A stretch of DNA of 57,137 nt from Burkholderiales bacterium (lineage in GTDB: Bacteria; Pseudomonadota; Gammaproteobacteria; Burkholderiales; SG8-41): NCBI GenBank assembly GCA_046313915.1, contig JBKBXX010000005.1, forward strand, positions 1 to 57,137, given 5' to 3'. The notes below the pieces were generated by a model. That model did not search any database, was not told the DNA's origin, and saw only the letters and a program-made list of their open reading frames with translations. This document shows positions 1 through 10,738 of this stretch, piece after piece. Both the position numbers and the translations under genes were made by a program. Numbering within the stretch: the stretch's first letter is position 1; every line of letters starts with the position of its first letter.

Positions 1-2
1 TC

Positions 3-3000
3 ACGCGCGACATTTTGCATACCGAAACCGGCCGCAGGCGCGAACGCGCGCTCGCCCGCAACTATCAGTCCTCGGTCAGCCTGCCGTTGTTCGCCGAGGG
101 GCGCTGCATCGGCGCGATTTCTATCTATGCGCGGGAAGCGGACGCTTTCGATGCCGACGAGATCACCGTGCTCAGCACGCTGGCACAGGACATTTCCTAC
201 GGCATCGACGCGCTGCGCCTGCGCGCTGCACGCGAGCGCGATGAGCTGAATCTGAGGCGCCTGACACGGGCGCGCAGCGTGATGGCGAAAGTCAATCACG
301 CGCTGGTGCACGCCGAGGACGAGTCCGGACTGCTGCAGCAGGCTTGCCATGTCCTGGTCGAGTCCGGAAGTTATTGCCTGGCGTGGGTCGGACTCGCGCA
401 GGACGACGCGCATGCGCCAATCCGGGTGGCGGCCGCAGCGGGAGGCGACCCCGGCGAGGCGCAAACCGGCAAAGCAGGCGTGATTGCAGACGGCGGGCAG
501 CAAAGCATGATGGAACATGTCATCGCCACTGGCAAGGCTTACGTGTCGCAGGATCTGCTGTCCGACGCGAAGTTTGCCTCGGCGCGGGGCCAGCGGCAGC
601 GCGGCTATCGCGCGGCGATCACCCTGCCGCTCACTGCCGACGGGCACTGCATCGGAGGATTGGGCATCTGCGCTTCCGAAGCGCAGGTTTTCGATGCCCA
701 GGAAATCGATCTGCTGGAAGAGCTGGCGAACGACCTCGCCTATGGCATCAGGACACTGCGCAGCCGCGTCGCGCGCGAGCGGGCGGAAGCGAGCGCTCAC
801 GAGAACGAACAGCGCCTGCGCGCCATGTTCGAGCAGGCAGCCGTCGGCATTACACGCGTGGATCTCGACGGCGTGCTGCTGGAAGTGAACCAGAAATTCT
901 GCGACATGCTGGGCTACAGGCGGGAGGAACTGCTCGGCCGGCGCATCAAGGACATCACCCATCCTGACGATTATGGTCAAGGCGCGCAGTACCGCATGCA
1001 GCTGCACCACGGCGAGACGAAATCGGTCACCGGCGAGAAGCGCTTCGTGCGCAAGGACGGCACGATCATGTGGGCAAGGCGGAGCATGTCGGTGGCGCGG
1101 GACGCGGCGGGCAATCCCCAGTATGTCATCAGCGTCGTCGAGGACATCACCCAACACAAGGAAATGGAGGAGCGTTTCCGCGCGACTTTCGAACAGGCGG
1201 CGGTCGGCCTGATGCACAGTTCGCTCGACCGCCGCTTTCTTCTGGTCAACCGCAAATTTTGCGACATGCTCGGTTATACCGCGGACGAGCTGCTGCGGAT
1301 GTCGGCGACCGCGGTCCATCATCCCGAGGATTCCGACAAGGACCGGCTGCTGGAGCAGAAGCTGATCGCGGGCGAAATCGACACTTTCTCTTTCGAAAAA
1401 CGCTATATCCGCAAGGACGGCAGGGTGATCTGGGCCAACCGCACGGTATCGCTGGTGCGCGATGACGCCGGCAGACCCAAGTACTTCATCCGCGTGGTCG
1501 AAGACATCACCGCGCGCAAGGAGGCGGAGCAGCGCTATCGCGCGACATTCGATTCCGCGCCGGTCGGGATCATGCACACCGATGTCAGGAGCCACGCGAT
1601 ACTGCACGCCAACCCCAAGCTGTGCGAGATTCTCGGCTATACGCGGGAAGAGTTGCTGTCCATGACCACGAGCGACATTCCTCATCCCGATTTCGTCGGC
1701 TCGGACCAGCCGCAATACCTGCAGCAGATGCTGGAAGGGCGGATGGCCTCCCATGCCTCGGAGCGCCTCTACCGCAGAAAGGACGGCTCGTTCGTGTGGG
1801 TCAACCGCACGATATCGCTGGTGCGCGATCCCGCCGGCAATCCGCTGTATTTCATACGGATCGTCGAGGACATTTCCGACCGCAAGCGTGCCGTGACGGC
1901 GTTGCGCGAAAGCGAGGAGAAGTTCAGGCAGCTGGCCGACAACATTCCCGAAGTGTTCTGGATCGCGGATATCGGGATGCGAGAACTGCTTTATCTGAGC
2001 CCGCTCTACGAAAAAGTCACCGGCATGCCGGTTGCGAAGGCCATGAAGCATCCGCATCGCTGTCTCGAGATCGTGCACCCGGAGGACCGGGGAAGGGTGC
2101 GGGAAGCGCGCCGGGCGCTGCCGCACGGCATCTACAACATCGAGTACCGGGTGATGTGTCCGGACGGGTCGTTGCGCTGGGTTCACGATCAGGCCTATCC
2201 GGTGCGCGACGGCAATGGCAATATCTATCGCATTGCAGGCATCGCCGCCGACATTACCCAGCGCAAGGCGGCGGAGGAGCGGCTGGTCTATCTGGCGCAC
2301 TATGACGATCTCACCGGCCTGCCCAACCGCGTGCTGTTTCGCGACCGCCTGGAACAGACGCTCGCGCAAGCGCGCCGCAGGAACTGGCTGGTCGGCGTGA
2401 TGATGCTCGATCTCGACCGTTTCAAGGTCACCAACGATTCGCTGGGGCACAGCTTCGGCGATTCGCTGCTGAAACAGGTCGCCGCGCGTCTGCAACAGTG
2501 CGTGCGGGTCGGCGACACCGTGGGGCGCTTCGGTGGAGACGAATTCGGGATCGTGCTCAACGATCTCGGCAATGCCGCGGACGCGCGGCTGGTGGCGCAG
2601 AAAGTGCTGGAAACGTTTTCCGCGCCGTTCCCGATCGAGCGCGACGAAGTGTACATCACCGCGAGCATCGGCATCAGCATGTATCCGATGGACAGCGACG
2701 ATCTCGAGGTTCTGATCAAGAGCGCCGACACTGCCTTGCACCGCGCCAAGGATGCGGGCCGCAACAATTTCCAGTTCTACACGGCCGAGATGAATGCCCG
2801 CATCCTGCACCGCATGAACATGGAAAACAGCCTGCGGCGTGCGCTCGAGCGTCGTGAATTCTTGCTGCATTACCAGCCCAAGGCCAGCCTGACCAGCGGC
2901 ATCACCACCGGCGTGGAAGCGTTGCTGCGCTGGCAGCATCCCGAGTATGGCCTGGTGCTGCCGGGGGAATTCGTTCCGCTGCTGGAGGAAACCGGGATGA

Positions 3001-4022
3001 TCATCGCGGCCGGCGAGTGGGTCTTCGGTGCCGCGTGTGCGCAGATCAAGGCGTGGCAGGAGGCAGGCATCCAGTGCGTGCCGGTGGCGGTCAATCTTTC
3101 CGGCCGTCAGTTGCTGACGCGCGGCTTCAGCAGCCATGTGCGGCGCCTGCTCGACGAATATGGCACCGATCCGCAGCTGCTCGAGATCGAGATCACCGAG
3201 AGTTCACTGATGGCCAATACCGAAGATGTGATCCGCACGCTCGAGTATCTGGAATCGATAGGGGTGCGCATCTCGGTGGATGATTTCGGCACCGGTTATT
3301 CCAGCCTGAGTTACCTCAAGCGCTTCCCGCTCGATGCGCTGAAAATCGACAGTTCCTTCGTGCGCGAGATCACCACCAACGCCGAAGACGCGACCATCGT
3401 CCGCGCGATCATTTCCATGGCGAGCAGCCTCGGCCTGAAAGTGGTGGCCGAAGGCGTCGAGACCGAAGCGCAGATGAATTTTCTTGCCGCCAACGGCTGC
3501 GACGAGATCCAGGGTTACCATCTGTCGCGACCGATGGCGGCCGAACAGTGCGGGGAATGGCTGATGCGGAAACCGCGTCTGTCACAGCCGCTGGCGTTGC
3601 GCGGCAACGCGCCCGCCGTGCTGCTGGTGGACGACGACGAAGACATGCTGATCCTGCTGATGCGCGCCTTGAGCCAGGACGGCTATTTCATCCTGACCGC
3701 GTACAGCGCCGAAGAGGCTTTCGAAGTCCTGAGCCGGCACAAGGTCGATGTCGTCGTCGCCGATCAGCAATTGCCGGGCATGTCGGGAGTCGAATTCCTG
3801 CAGCGGGTCAAATCGCTCCATCCGGCGACGGTGCGCATCATGTGCTCGGCGCTGGCCGATTTCCGGATGGTCAGCGAGGCCGTCAACAAAGGCGAGATTT
3901 TCCGCTTCGTGCCCAAGGACATGGATCCGCGGCAGTTGCGCCAGGATGTGCGCGATGCGCTCTCCGCTAAAGGCGGCTACGCTGCCGGCGGCGCGACGTT
4001 TCCCGGCACCGGTTCCGCCTGA
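3..4022 (+). CDS. GAF-GAF-PAS(x4)-GGDEF-EAL-REC c-di-GMP signalling protein (5' end runs off the window)
   Basis: Frame is open to the window edge. Two GAF-like segments, four PAS/PAC repeats (e.g. HPDD...EKRFVRKDG..W), AHYDDLTGLPNR, FGGDEF, VEALLRW, DDFGTGYSS and a C-terminal receiver (LLVDDD...ADQQLPGMSG). Confidence 0.93.
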   Translation, partial: TRDILHTETGRRRERALARNYQSSVSLPLFAEGRCIGAISIYAREADAFDADEITVLSTLAQDISYGIDALRLRAARERDELNLRRLTRARSVMAKVNHALVHAEDESGLLQQACHVLVESGSYCLAWVGLAQDDAHAPIRVAAAAGGDPGEAQTGKAGVIADGGQQSMMEHVIATGKAYVSQDLLSDAKFASARGQRQRGYRAAITLPLTADGHCIGGLGICASEAQVFDAQEIDLLEELANDLAYGIRTLRSRVARERAEASAHENEQRLRAMFEQAAVGITRVDLDGVLLEVNQKFCDMLGYRREELLGRRIKDITHPDDYGQGAQYRMQLHHGETKSVTGEKRFVRKDGTIMWARRSMSVARDAAGNPQYVISVVEDITQHKEMEERFRATFEQAAVGLMHSSLDRRFLLVNRKFCDMLGYTADELLRMSATAVHHPEDSDKDRLLEQKLIAGEIDTFSFEKRYIRKDGRVIWANRTVSLVRDDAGRPKYFIRVVEDITARKEAEQRYRATFDSAPVGIMHTDVRSHAILHANPKLCEILGYTREELLSMTTSDIPHPDFVGSDQPQYLQQMLEGRMASHASERLYRRKDGSFVWVNRTISLVRDPAGNPLYFIRIVEDISDRKRAVTALRESEEKFRQLADNIPEVFWIADIGMRELLYLSPLYEKVTGMPVAKAMKHPHRCLEIVHPEDRGRVREARRALPHGIYNIEYRVMCPDGSLRWVHDQAYPVRDGNGNIYRIAGIAADITQRKAAEERLVYLAHYDDLTGLPNRVLFRDRLEQTLAQARRRNWLVGVMMLDLDRFKVTNDSLGHSFGDSLLKQVAARLQQCVRVGDTVGRFGGDEFGIVLNDLGNAADARLVAQKVLETFSAPFPIERDEVYITASIGISMYPMDSDDLEVLIKSADTALHRAKDAGRNNFQFYTAEMNARILHRMNMENSLRRALERREFLLHYQPKASLTSGITTGVEALLRWQHPEYGLVLPGEFVPLLEETGMIIAAGEWVFGAACAQIKAWQEAGIQCVPVAVNLSGRQLLTRGFSSHVRRLLDEYGTDPQLLEIEITESSLMANTEDVIRTLEYLESIGVRISVDDFGTGYSSLSYLKRFPLDALKIDSSFVREITTNAEDATIVRAIISMASSLGLKVVAEGVETEAQMNFLAANGCDEIQGYHLSRPMAAEQCGEWLMRKPRLSQPLALRGNAPAVLLVDDDEDMLILLMRALSQDGYFILTAYSAEEAFEVLSRHKVDVVVADQQLPGMSGVEFLQRVKSLHPATVRIMCSALADFRMVSEAVNKGEIFRFVPKDMDPRQLRQDVRDALSAKGGYAAGGATFPGTGSA

Positions 4023-4047
4023 ACGAGCCGGTCGCAGGCGGGCCGAA

Positions 4048-4416
4048 CTAGTCCACCAGCACGGCCGCCACGACCTTTCTACCCTCTGCAATCAGGATGT
4101 TATAGGTGCGGCAGGCCGCCTTGCTGTCCATCACTTCGAGGCCGACGCCGGCCGCCGTGAGCACCCGCGACAGCGCGGGAGCGGGGAAGCGCAGCACGCT
4201 GCCGGTGCCGAGGATCACGATTTCGGGCTTCAACTCGAGCAGGGATGCGAAATCCTGTGCGCCCAGCGTTTCGAAGTTTTCGATTTCCCACGGCGCGACC
4301 CGTTCCGCGGTCACGACGACGTGTTTTTCATGGTGCACGTGATTGACCGCGACGTAGCCGGGGCCATAACCGGTAAAAACGTTGTGCCCGCTTGCGGTGG
4401 CGAGATGGAGCTTCAT
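4048..4416 (-). CDS. Mth938-like (DUF498) protein
   Basis: MKLHL start; PEIVILGTG...[20 protein letters not shown] motif; divergent from alaC. Confidence 0.85.
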   Translation of the reverse strand: MKLHLATASGHNVFTGYGPGYVAVNHVHHEKHVVVTAERVAPWEIENFETLGAQDFASLLELKPEIVILGTGSVLRFPAPALSRVLTAAGVGLEVMDSKAACRTYNILIAEGRKVVAAVLVD

Positions 4417-4577
4417 GGGCTGGCAATAAGCTGCTGATTTGCTTTGAATTAGTTGCTCCGTTAAAATTATACGCTTTTTCACCCGTGTGTCGTTGCCGGC
4501 GGCGTGCTGCAGTCTCCATGGCCGTTCGCGGTACGGGGTGGATCCTGAACGATGATTTGCTGATTGCCACTGGAGCT

Positions 4578-5762
4578 ATGGAAGAGTTTTCCCGCATCAA
4601 ACGGTTGCCGCCGTATGTGTTCAACGTTACCGGCGAACTCAAGCTTGCGGCACGCCGCCGCGGCGAAGACATCATCGACTTCAGCATGGGCAATCCCGAT
4701 CAGCCCACGCCGCGGCATATCGTCGACAAGCTGATCGAGAGCGTGCAGCGTCCGGATACGCACCGTTATTCGGTATCCAAAGGCATTTCCAGGCTGCGGC
4801 GTGCGATCTGCAACTGGTACAAGACACGCTACGATGTCGATCTTGATCCGGATACGGAGGCGATAGTCACGATCGGCTCGAAGGAAGGCATTGCGCATCT
4901 TGCGCTCGCCACGCTCGACACCGGCGACATCGTGCTGGTACCCAACCCGAGCTATCCGATCCACATCTACGGGCCGGTGATCGCCGGAGCGGACATCCGC
5001 CATGTGCCGATGCAGGCTGGCGTGGATTTCTTCGAATCGCTGCAGAAGGCGATCCGCGACACCTACCCCAAGCCCAAGATGCTGATCGTCAATTTTCCGA
5101 GCAATCCCACCACGCAATGCGTCGATCTGGCTTTTTTCGAGCGGCTGATCGAGGTGGCGCGCGAGCACGATATTTACGTGGTGCACGATCTCGCCTATGC
5201 GGACATCGTGTTTGACGGCTATCAGGCGCCTTCGATCATGCAGGTTCCCGGCGCGCGGGACATCGCGGTCGAATTCTTCACCATGTCGAAAAGCTACAAC
5301 ATGGCGGGCTGGCGGGTCGGCTTCATGGTGGGCAATCGCGAGCTGGTGACGGCACTGGCGCGCATGAAAAGCTATCACGATTACGGCACCTTCACCCCGA
5401 TCCAGGTGGCCTCGATCATCGCGCTCGAAGGGCCGCAGGATTGCGTCGATGCCGTGCGCATGGTCTACCAGGGACGGCGCGACGTCATGTGCAGCGGGCT
5501 GGAGGCGATCAACTGGAAAGTCGAAAAACCGAAGGCGACGATGTACGTGTGGGCGCCGATCCCCGAGCCGTACCGCGCCATGGGTTCGCTCGAATTCTCG
5601 AAGAAGCTGCTGGTGGAGGCCAGGGTGGCGGTGGCGCCCGGCACGGGTTTTGGCCATTACGGCGACGATCATGTGCGATTCGCCCTGATCGAAAACGAGG
5701 CACGCACGCGACAGGCACTGCGCGGGATCAAGGAAATGTTCAAGAAGGATGGGCTGCTTTGA
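4578..5762 (+). CDS. alaC: PLP-dependent class I aminotransferase (alanine transaminase AlaC type)
   Basis: [25 protein letters not shown] and [12 protein letters not shown] (PLP Lys); GGAG upstream of ATG 4578. Confidence 0.9.
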   Translation: MEEFSRIKRLPPYVFNVTGELKLAARRRGEDIIDFSMGNPDQPTPRHIVDKLIESVQRPDTHRYSVSKGISRLRRAICNWYKTRYDVDLDPDTEAIVTIGSKEGIAHLALATLDTGDIVLVPNPSYPIHIYGPVIAGADIRHVPMQAGVDFFESLQKAIRDTYPKPKMLIVNFPSNPTTQCVDLAFFERLIEVAREHDIYVVHDLAYADIVFDGYQAPSIMQVPGARDIAVEFFTMSKSYNMAGWRVGFMVGNRELVTALARMKSYHDYGTFTPIQVASIIALEGPQDCVDAVRMVYQGRRDVMCSGLEAINWKVEKPKATMYVWAPIPEPYRAMGSLEFSKKLLVEARVAVAPGTGFGHYGDDHVRFALIENEARTRQALRGIKEMFKKDGLL

Positions 5763-5918
5763 ACGGGCAGTGCCGAGTTTCGGTGCAGGCCTGACCTGTC
5801 TGCGCAGATTAGGCGTGGCGCGGTGTGTGCGGCACGCGGCCGGAACCAAAACGAGGCGCGCACGCGACAGGCACTGCGCGGGATCAAGGAGATGTACAAG
5901 AAGGATGGGTTTTTATAG
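5692..5918 (+). repeat. Direct duplication of the alaC 3' end (5692-5753 vs 5848-5909)
   Basis: 62-bp copies differ at 3 positions. The second copy reads [22 protein letters not shown]-stop. Confidence 0.9.
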
Positions 5919-5996
5919 GGACCGGAGAAGGCGACGGGCGATATGCCGGGAGCCGCAATTCGTCGCGCGTCCGGCGTTTTTCACATTCAAGGGAAA

Positions 5997-7307
5997 ATGA
6001 AACCAATCAACGTAGGATTGCTGGGCATCGGTACGGTAGGCGGCGGCACTTTCACGGTGTTGCAGCGCAATCAGGAGGAAATCGCGCGCCGTGCCGGCTG
6101 CGCGATCACCGTGAAAATGGTCGCCGACAAGGCGGCGGACAGAGCGCGGGCCCTGGTCGATGACCACGCCATCGTGACCGCCGACGCGTATGAGGTCGTC
6201 AACAACCCCGACATCGATATCGTGGTCGAGTTGATCGGCGGCACCGGCGCGGCCAAGGATCTGATCCTCGCGGCGATCGCCAACGGCAAACACGTGGTGA
6301 CCGCCAACAAGGCGCTGCTCGCCCAGCACGGCAACGCAATATTCGCGGCAGCGCAGAAAAAGGACGTGATGGTGGCGTTCGAAGCCGCGGTCTGTGGCGG
6401 GATTCCGATCATCAAGTCGCTGCGCGAAGGACTGACTGCCAACCGCATCGAATGGATCGTCGGCATCATCAATGGCACCAGCAATTTCATTTTGTCCGAG
6501 ATGCGCGACAAAGGCACCGGTTTCGATGACGCGCTGAAGGAAGCGCAGCGGCTGGGTTATGCCGAAGCCGATCCGACTTTCGATATCGAAGGCATAGACG
6601 CTGCGCACAAGCTCACCATCATGGCGGCGATCGGCTTTGGCATTCCGATGCAGTTTGGCGCGGCTTATACCGAAGGCATTTCCAGGCTGACACGGGAGGA
6701 CATCCGCTACGCCGAAGAATTTGGCTATCGCATCAAGCTGCTGGGCATTGCCAAGCGCAAGGCGCGTGGCATCGAGCTGAGGGTGCATCCGACGCTGATT
6801 GCGGAAAAGCACCTGATCGCCAATGTCGAGGGGGTGATGAATGCCGTGCTGGTCAAGGGCGACGCGGTCGGGCAGACCATGTACTATGGTGCCGGCGCCG
6901 GCGCCGAGCCGACGGCGTCCGCGGTGATCGCCGATCTGGTCGATGTGGCGCGCATGCTGACGTCCGATCCCGAGCACCGCGTGCCCCATCTCGCGTTCCA
7001 GCCCGATCAGCTTTCCAGCTTTCCGATCCTGCCGATGGCGGAGGTCGAAACCGCGTACTATCTGCGCCTGCGCGTTTGCGACAGGCCCGGTGTGCTGGCC
7101 GACATCGCCCGCATTCTGGCCGATCTCGGCATCTCGATCGAAGCCATGATGCAGAAAGAGCCCCGCGCCGGCGAGAGCTCGGTCGATATCATCATGCTTA
7201 CCCATCTGACCGTCGAGAAACAGATCGACGCCGCCCTTGCCAGGATCGAGGCGCTGCCGGTGGTCGTCGGCAAGGTCACACGCATCCGTCTGGAACAACT
7301 CGACTGA
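5997..7307 (+). CDS. hom: Homoserine dehydrogenase with C-terminal ACT domain
   Basis: [48 protein letters not shown]; ACT motif DRPGVLADI. Confidence 0.95.
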   Translation: MKPINVGLLGIGTVGGGTFTVLQRNQEEIARRAGCAITVKMVADKAADRARALVDDHAIVTADAYEVVNNPDIDIVVELIGGTGAAKDLILAAIANGKHVVTANKALLAQHGNAIFAAAQKKDVMVAFEAAVCGGIPIIKSLREGLTANRIEWIVGIINGTSNFILSEMRDKGTGFDDALKEAQRLGYAEADPTFDIEGIDAAHKLTIMAAIGFGIPMQFGAAYTEGISRLTREDIRYAEEFGYRIKLLGIAKRKARGIELRVHPTLIAEKHLIANVEGVMNAVLVKGDAVGQTMYYGAGAGAEPTASAVIADLVDVARMLTSDPEHRVPHLAFQPDQLSSFPILPMAEVETAYYLRLRVCDRPGVLADIARILADLGISIEAMMQKEPRAGESSVDIIMLTHLTVEKQIDAALARIEALPVVVGKVTRIRLEQLD

Positions 7308-7318
7308 AGAATTCTTCT

Positions 7319-8443
7319 ATGTCTCATTACACCGGTCTCATCAACAAGTACCGCGACCGCCTGCCGGTCGCGGCCGACACCCCCGTCGTTTCGCTCAACG
7401 AGGGCAATACGCCGCTCATCGAACTCGGGAACCTGCCGCGGCTCGTCGGGAAAGACGTGCGGATCTATGCCAAATTCGAAGGGCTCAATCCGACCGGTTC
7501 GTTCAAGGATCGCGGCATGACCATGGCAGTGACCAAGGCGGTGGAGGCGGGCGCCCGCGCCATCATCTGTGCCTCCACCGGCAACACCTCGGCCGCCGCC
7601 GCGGCTTATGCGGCGCGCGCCGGCATCGCGTGCTTTGTGCTGATTCCGGAGGGCAAGATCGCACTCGGCAAGCTGTCGCAGGCGATGATGCACGGTTCGG
7701 TCGTCATCCAGATCCGTGGCAATTTCGACGACGGCATGCGGCTGGTGCAGGAAGTCGCGAGAACGACTCCCGTCAACATCGTCAATTCGATCAATCCCTT
7801 CCGGTTGCAAGGCCAAAAAACCATCGCTTTCGAAGTCATCGAGGCTCTGGGTGATGCGCCGGATTACCACGTGCTGCCGGTAGGCAATGCCGGCAACATC
7901 TGCGCCCACTGGATCGGCTATTCCGAGGCGGTTGGTGAAAACACCGGCGCCTGTGCCCTGTGTGCCGGGAAATGCGCTTATCACGGAGCGAAACTCGCCA
8001 CGCGCCGACCGGTCATGGTCGGCTACCAGGCGGCGGGAGCCGCGCCCATCGTGCGCGGTGCCCCGGTCGAAAATCCGGAGACCGTCGCAACCGCCATCCG
8101 CATCGGCAATCCGGTGTCGTGGCAACAGGCGCGGGCGGCGCAGAAGGAATCGGGGGGATGGTTCGGCGAGTGCAGCGACGAGGAAATACTGCGCGCCCAG
8201 AAACTGCTGGCGCGAAGCGAAGGCATTTTCTGCGAACCGGCTTCGGCGATTTCGCTGGCCGGGCTGCTGAAAGACCTGGAAGCGGGAAGAATAGGCGAAG
8301 GCAGCACCGTCGTCTGCACGCTCACCGGTCACGGTCTCAAGGATCCGGACATTGCGATCGCGCAAAGCATCCGTCCGTTGACGGTGGAAGCCGAGCTGGA
8401 CGCGATCGAGCGCGTGATCCGACAGCACCTGCCTGAAGGCTGA
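7319..8443 (+). CDS. thrC: Threonine synthase (short type)
   Basis: [38 protein letters not shown]; follows hom. Confidence 0.93.
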   Translation: MSHYTGLINKYRDRLPVAADTPVVSLNEGNTPLIELGNLPRLVGKDVRIYAKFEGLNPTGSFKDRGMTMAVTKAVEAGARAIICASTGNTSAAAAAYAARAGIACFVLIPEGKIALGKLSQAMMHGSVVIQIRGNFDDGMRLVQEVARTTPVNIVNSINPFRLQGQKTIAFEVIEALGDAPDYHVLPVGNAGNICAHWIGYSEAVGENTGACALCAGKCAYHGAKLATRRPVMVGYQAAGAAPIVRGAPVENPETVATAIRIGNPVSWQQARAAQKESGGWFGECSDEEILRAQKLLARSEGIFCEPASAISLAGLLKDLEAGRIGEGSTVVCTLTGHGLKDPDIAIAQSIRPLTVEAELDAIERVIRQHLPEG

Positions 8444-8535
8444 AAAATCGTGCGCGGCAAGCTGTGAGCGCTGCGCGGTAACGCCATCGCGCACGGCGCC
8501 TGCCCATTTGTTGCCTGCGGCTCACCGCTTGCGCC

Positions 8536-9375
8536 TTAACTTACGCATTCAAACCGCATCGAGAGATCGACGGCCTTGATGTCCTTGGTCAGGCTGCCGA
8601 TGGAAATGCGATCGACGCCGGTTTCGGCGATGGCGCGAACGTTTTCCAGTGTGACGCCGCCCGAAGCCTCGAGCCGGGCCCGGCCGGCGGTGATCCTGAC
8701 CGCTTCGCGCATCTGCTCCGGCTTCATGTTGTCGAGCAGTATCATCTGCGCGCCCTCCGCCAGCGCTTCTTTCAATTGATCCAGGGTCTCGACTTCGATC
8801 TGGATCCACACGCCTTCCGGTGCGATTTTTCTTGCCTGTTTCAGCGCCGCGGTGACACTGCCGGCGGCGGTGACGTGGTTTTCCTTGATCAGGATGCCGT
8901 CGTAGAGACCGAGGCGGTGATTGACGCCGCCACCGGTTCTGACCGCATATTTCTGGGCGAGCCGCAACCCGGGCAGGGTCTTGCGGGTATCGACGATCGC
9001 AGCGCGCGTTCCCGCCACGGCTTCGACATGGCGGCGCGTCGCGGTTGCCACCGCGGACAACGTCTGCAGGAAATTGAGCGCGGAACGCTCGGCGGTGAGC
9101 AGGGCGCGGGTCCGTCCCCGGAGGTCGCAGAGCCGGGTGCCGGCATCGACTCGCGCGCCTTCGGCAATGTGCCAGTCGATCCTGACCGCGGGGTCCAGTC
9201 TGCGGAAACAGGTTTCGAACCACGCCCGGCCGCAGATCACGGCGGGCACGCGGCACACGACCACGGCGTGCGCGCTGCTGTTCTCCGGCGTGAGCAAAGC
9301 GGTCAGATCGCCGCTGCCTATGTCTTCGGTGAGGGCGCTATCGACGTTGCGCTCGATTTCGGCTGCCAGGTCCAT
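8536..9375 (-). CDS. nadC: Nicotinate-nucleotide pyrophosphorylase (carboxylating)
   Basis: DTRKTLPGLR, NHRLGLYDGILIKENH, ILLDNM, EASGG, GVDRISIG. Confidence 0.95.
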   Translation of the reverse strand: MDLAAEIERNVDSALTEDIGSGDLTALLTPENSSAHAVVVCRVPAVICGRAWFETCFRRLDPAVRIDWHIAEGARVDAGTRLCDLRGRTRALLTAERSALNFLQTLSAVATATRRHVEAVAGTRAAIVDTRKTLPGLRLAQKYAVRTGGGVNHRLGLYDGILIKENHVTAAGSVTAALKQARKIAPEGVWIQIEVETLDQLKEALAEGAQMILLDNMKPEQMREAVRITAGRARLEASGGVTLENVRAIAETGVDRISIGSLTKDIKAVDLSMRFECVS

Positions 9376-9479
9376 CGAATTTTTTGCGGTCAAATGATTA
9401 TTTTAACGCCAAAGAGAGCGGGGCAGGCGTCATGGCAAGGCGCACGCCGTCGCGCATGACGCCGCACGGGGTGTTTGTT

Positions 9480-10079
9480 TCAAGGCCGGTTTTCGATCCA
9501 GTAGATCGCCATCACCAGCGCAAACAGTGCGATTTCGGCGAGCGTCACCATAGTGATCACGAAAGCGATGCGCCGCGCCGCGGGCCGCATCGGCAGCCAG
9601 ACGCGGCGCATATACCAGCGCCAGATCGCCGATTTTCCCCAGCGGTTTTCCCGTTCCAGATAAGTTTTCAGCGCCACGCCCCACGCGCGCAGACTCTTGT
9701 CGGCCTGATCGGGGTCCGGCGCCGTGCCGGGCGCGGTGCTGGTGTAGTCATCGGTGATTCCGAGCCGGCTGCCCCCGAGCGCGGCCTCGATTTCGAAACG
9801 CGTGCTGCGTCGGATGCCGTGGTCGTAATAGACCGTGAAATCGAAAACGGAGCGATATTCGACGCGCATTTTCACGTCGTATTCGCGCCGGTTGCTGAGG
9901 TTGCGGAACACGGCGTGGACCGAACCGTTCCCGATACGCGTCCAGGCATGAAACTCGAGGTAAGGATTGATGCGGTACAGCCGTTCCAGGTCGCGGCAGA
10001 AAACGGCCAGCGCCTGCGGCGCGAGCGGGGTGTCGATCACCACCCATGCGGCGTCCGCCGGCGGGCTGGCCGGAATCAT
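9480..10079 (-). CDS. Hypothetical protein with C-terminal TM helix, possibly START/SRPBCC-like
   Basis: ATGA overlap with the USP stop; DLERLYRINPYLEF motif; hydrophobic C-terminus. The fold is an inference. Confidence 0.65.
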   Translation of the reverse strand: MIPASPPADAAWVVIDTPLAPQALAVFCRDLERLYRINPYLEFHAWTRIGNGSVHAVFRNLSNRREYDVKMRVEYRSVFDFTVYYDHGIRRSTRFEIEAALGGSRLGITDDYTSTAPGTAPDPDQADKSLRAWGVALKTYLERENRWGKSAIWRWYMRRVWLPMRPAARRIAFVITMVTLAEIALFALVMAIYWIENRP

Positions 10080-10540
10080 CGCGGGTAGGGCGCGATCAGC
10101 AACGGTACCGTGAGCGCTTGCACCAGCATTTCGAGTTGCATGCGCGAGCGCAGCCCCGAGGTGCCGCGCGGGCGCGGCGAACCGATGATTACCAGGTCGG
10201 TATCGAGTTGCGTCGCATATTCGATCAGACACGGTGCGGGCTTGCCGACGACCACTTTCGTCCGCAGTACGACACCACGCGCTTTGGCTTCCTGCTCGAG
10301 GATTGCCCGATGCTGCTCGATTTCGCGCCCGAGCTGGGCCTCGACGTATTTGCCATAAGTGTCGCGGGTCGAGGCGTTGTTGAGCCAGTCATCACCCATC
10401 ATGCCGCGCCACAGGTCGGGTACCACCGTCAGCTGATGCAGCACGCCGCCGGGGCGGCACAAAACGAGCGCCATTTTTTCCGCAGCCCGCGCGCCCGTGG
10501 TGCCGTGACTGGCGAGCAATATGTTTCCCGTCTCGAACAT
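10076..10540 (-). CDS. Universal stress protein (USP family)
   Basis: N-terminal ILLASHGT; DLVIIGSPRPRG...LLIAP C-terminal pattern. Confidence 0.82.
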   Translation of the reverse strand: MFETGNILLASHGTTGARAAEKMALVLCRPGGVLHQLTVVPDLWRGMMGDDWLNNASTRDTYGKYVEAQLGREIEQHRAILEQEAKARGVVLRTKVVVGKPAPCLIEYATQLDTDLVIIGSPRPRGTSGLRSRMQLEMLVQALTVPLLIAPYPR

Positions 10541-10600
10541 GTCAAAAAAATCCCGATGGCACGCTGCGCGCGCTCACCGGGATTCTATTCCTGAAGGCGG

Positions 10601-10726
10601 TCAGATGAACAGATAGACCAACAGGGCGATCAGCAGCGCCAGCACCAGCGCCGCCAGATCCTCATGGCGGTCGGATTTGAAAATCGTCAACGCCGAACCG
10701 CGGTCAAACTTGTCTTCGTGCATCAT
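10601..10726 (-). CDS. 41-aa single-TM small protein (absent from the ORF track)
   Basis: MMHEDKFDRGSALTIFKSDRHEDLAALVLALLIALLVYLFI. The RBS GAGGAGG overlaps the exporter stop codon; GC-rich third positions. Confidence 0.78.
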   Translation of the reverse strand: MMHEDKFDRGSALTIFKSDRHEDLAALVLALLIALLVYLFI

Positions 10727-10738
10727 GGCAAGTCCTCC

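Noticed and set aside
800-1900. Repeated DNA segments in the first ORF as an array or mobile repeat
   Set aside because: They are tandem PAS/PAC domain duplications within one reading frame.
4479-8494. Long antisense or alternate-frame ORFs (e.g. 4479-5849, 5913-7298, 7058-8494, and similar ones over clpB, recQ, trpS, aprA, sat)
   Set aside because: They are shadows of real genes caused by high-GC codon bias and carry no recognisable motifs.
8457-8532. 13-bp imperfect inverted repeat (GCAAGCTGTGAGC / GCTCACCGCTTGC) between convergent thrC and nadC as a MITE
   Set aside because: Single copy in the window with no target-site duplication; more simply a 3' RNA structure.
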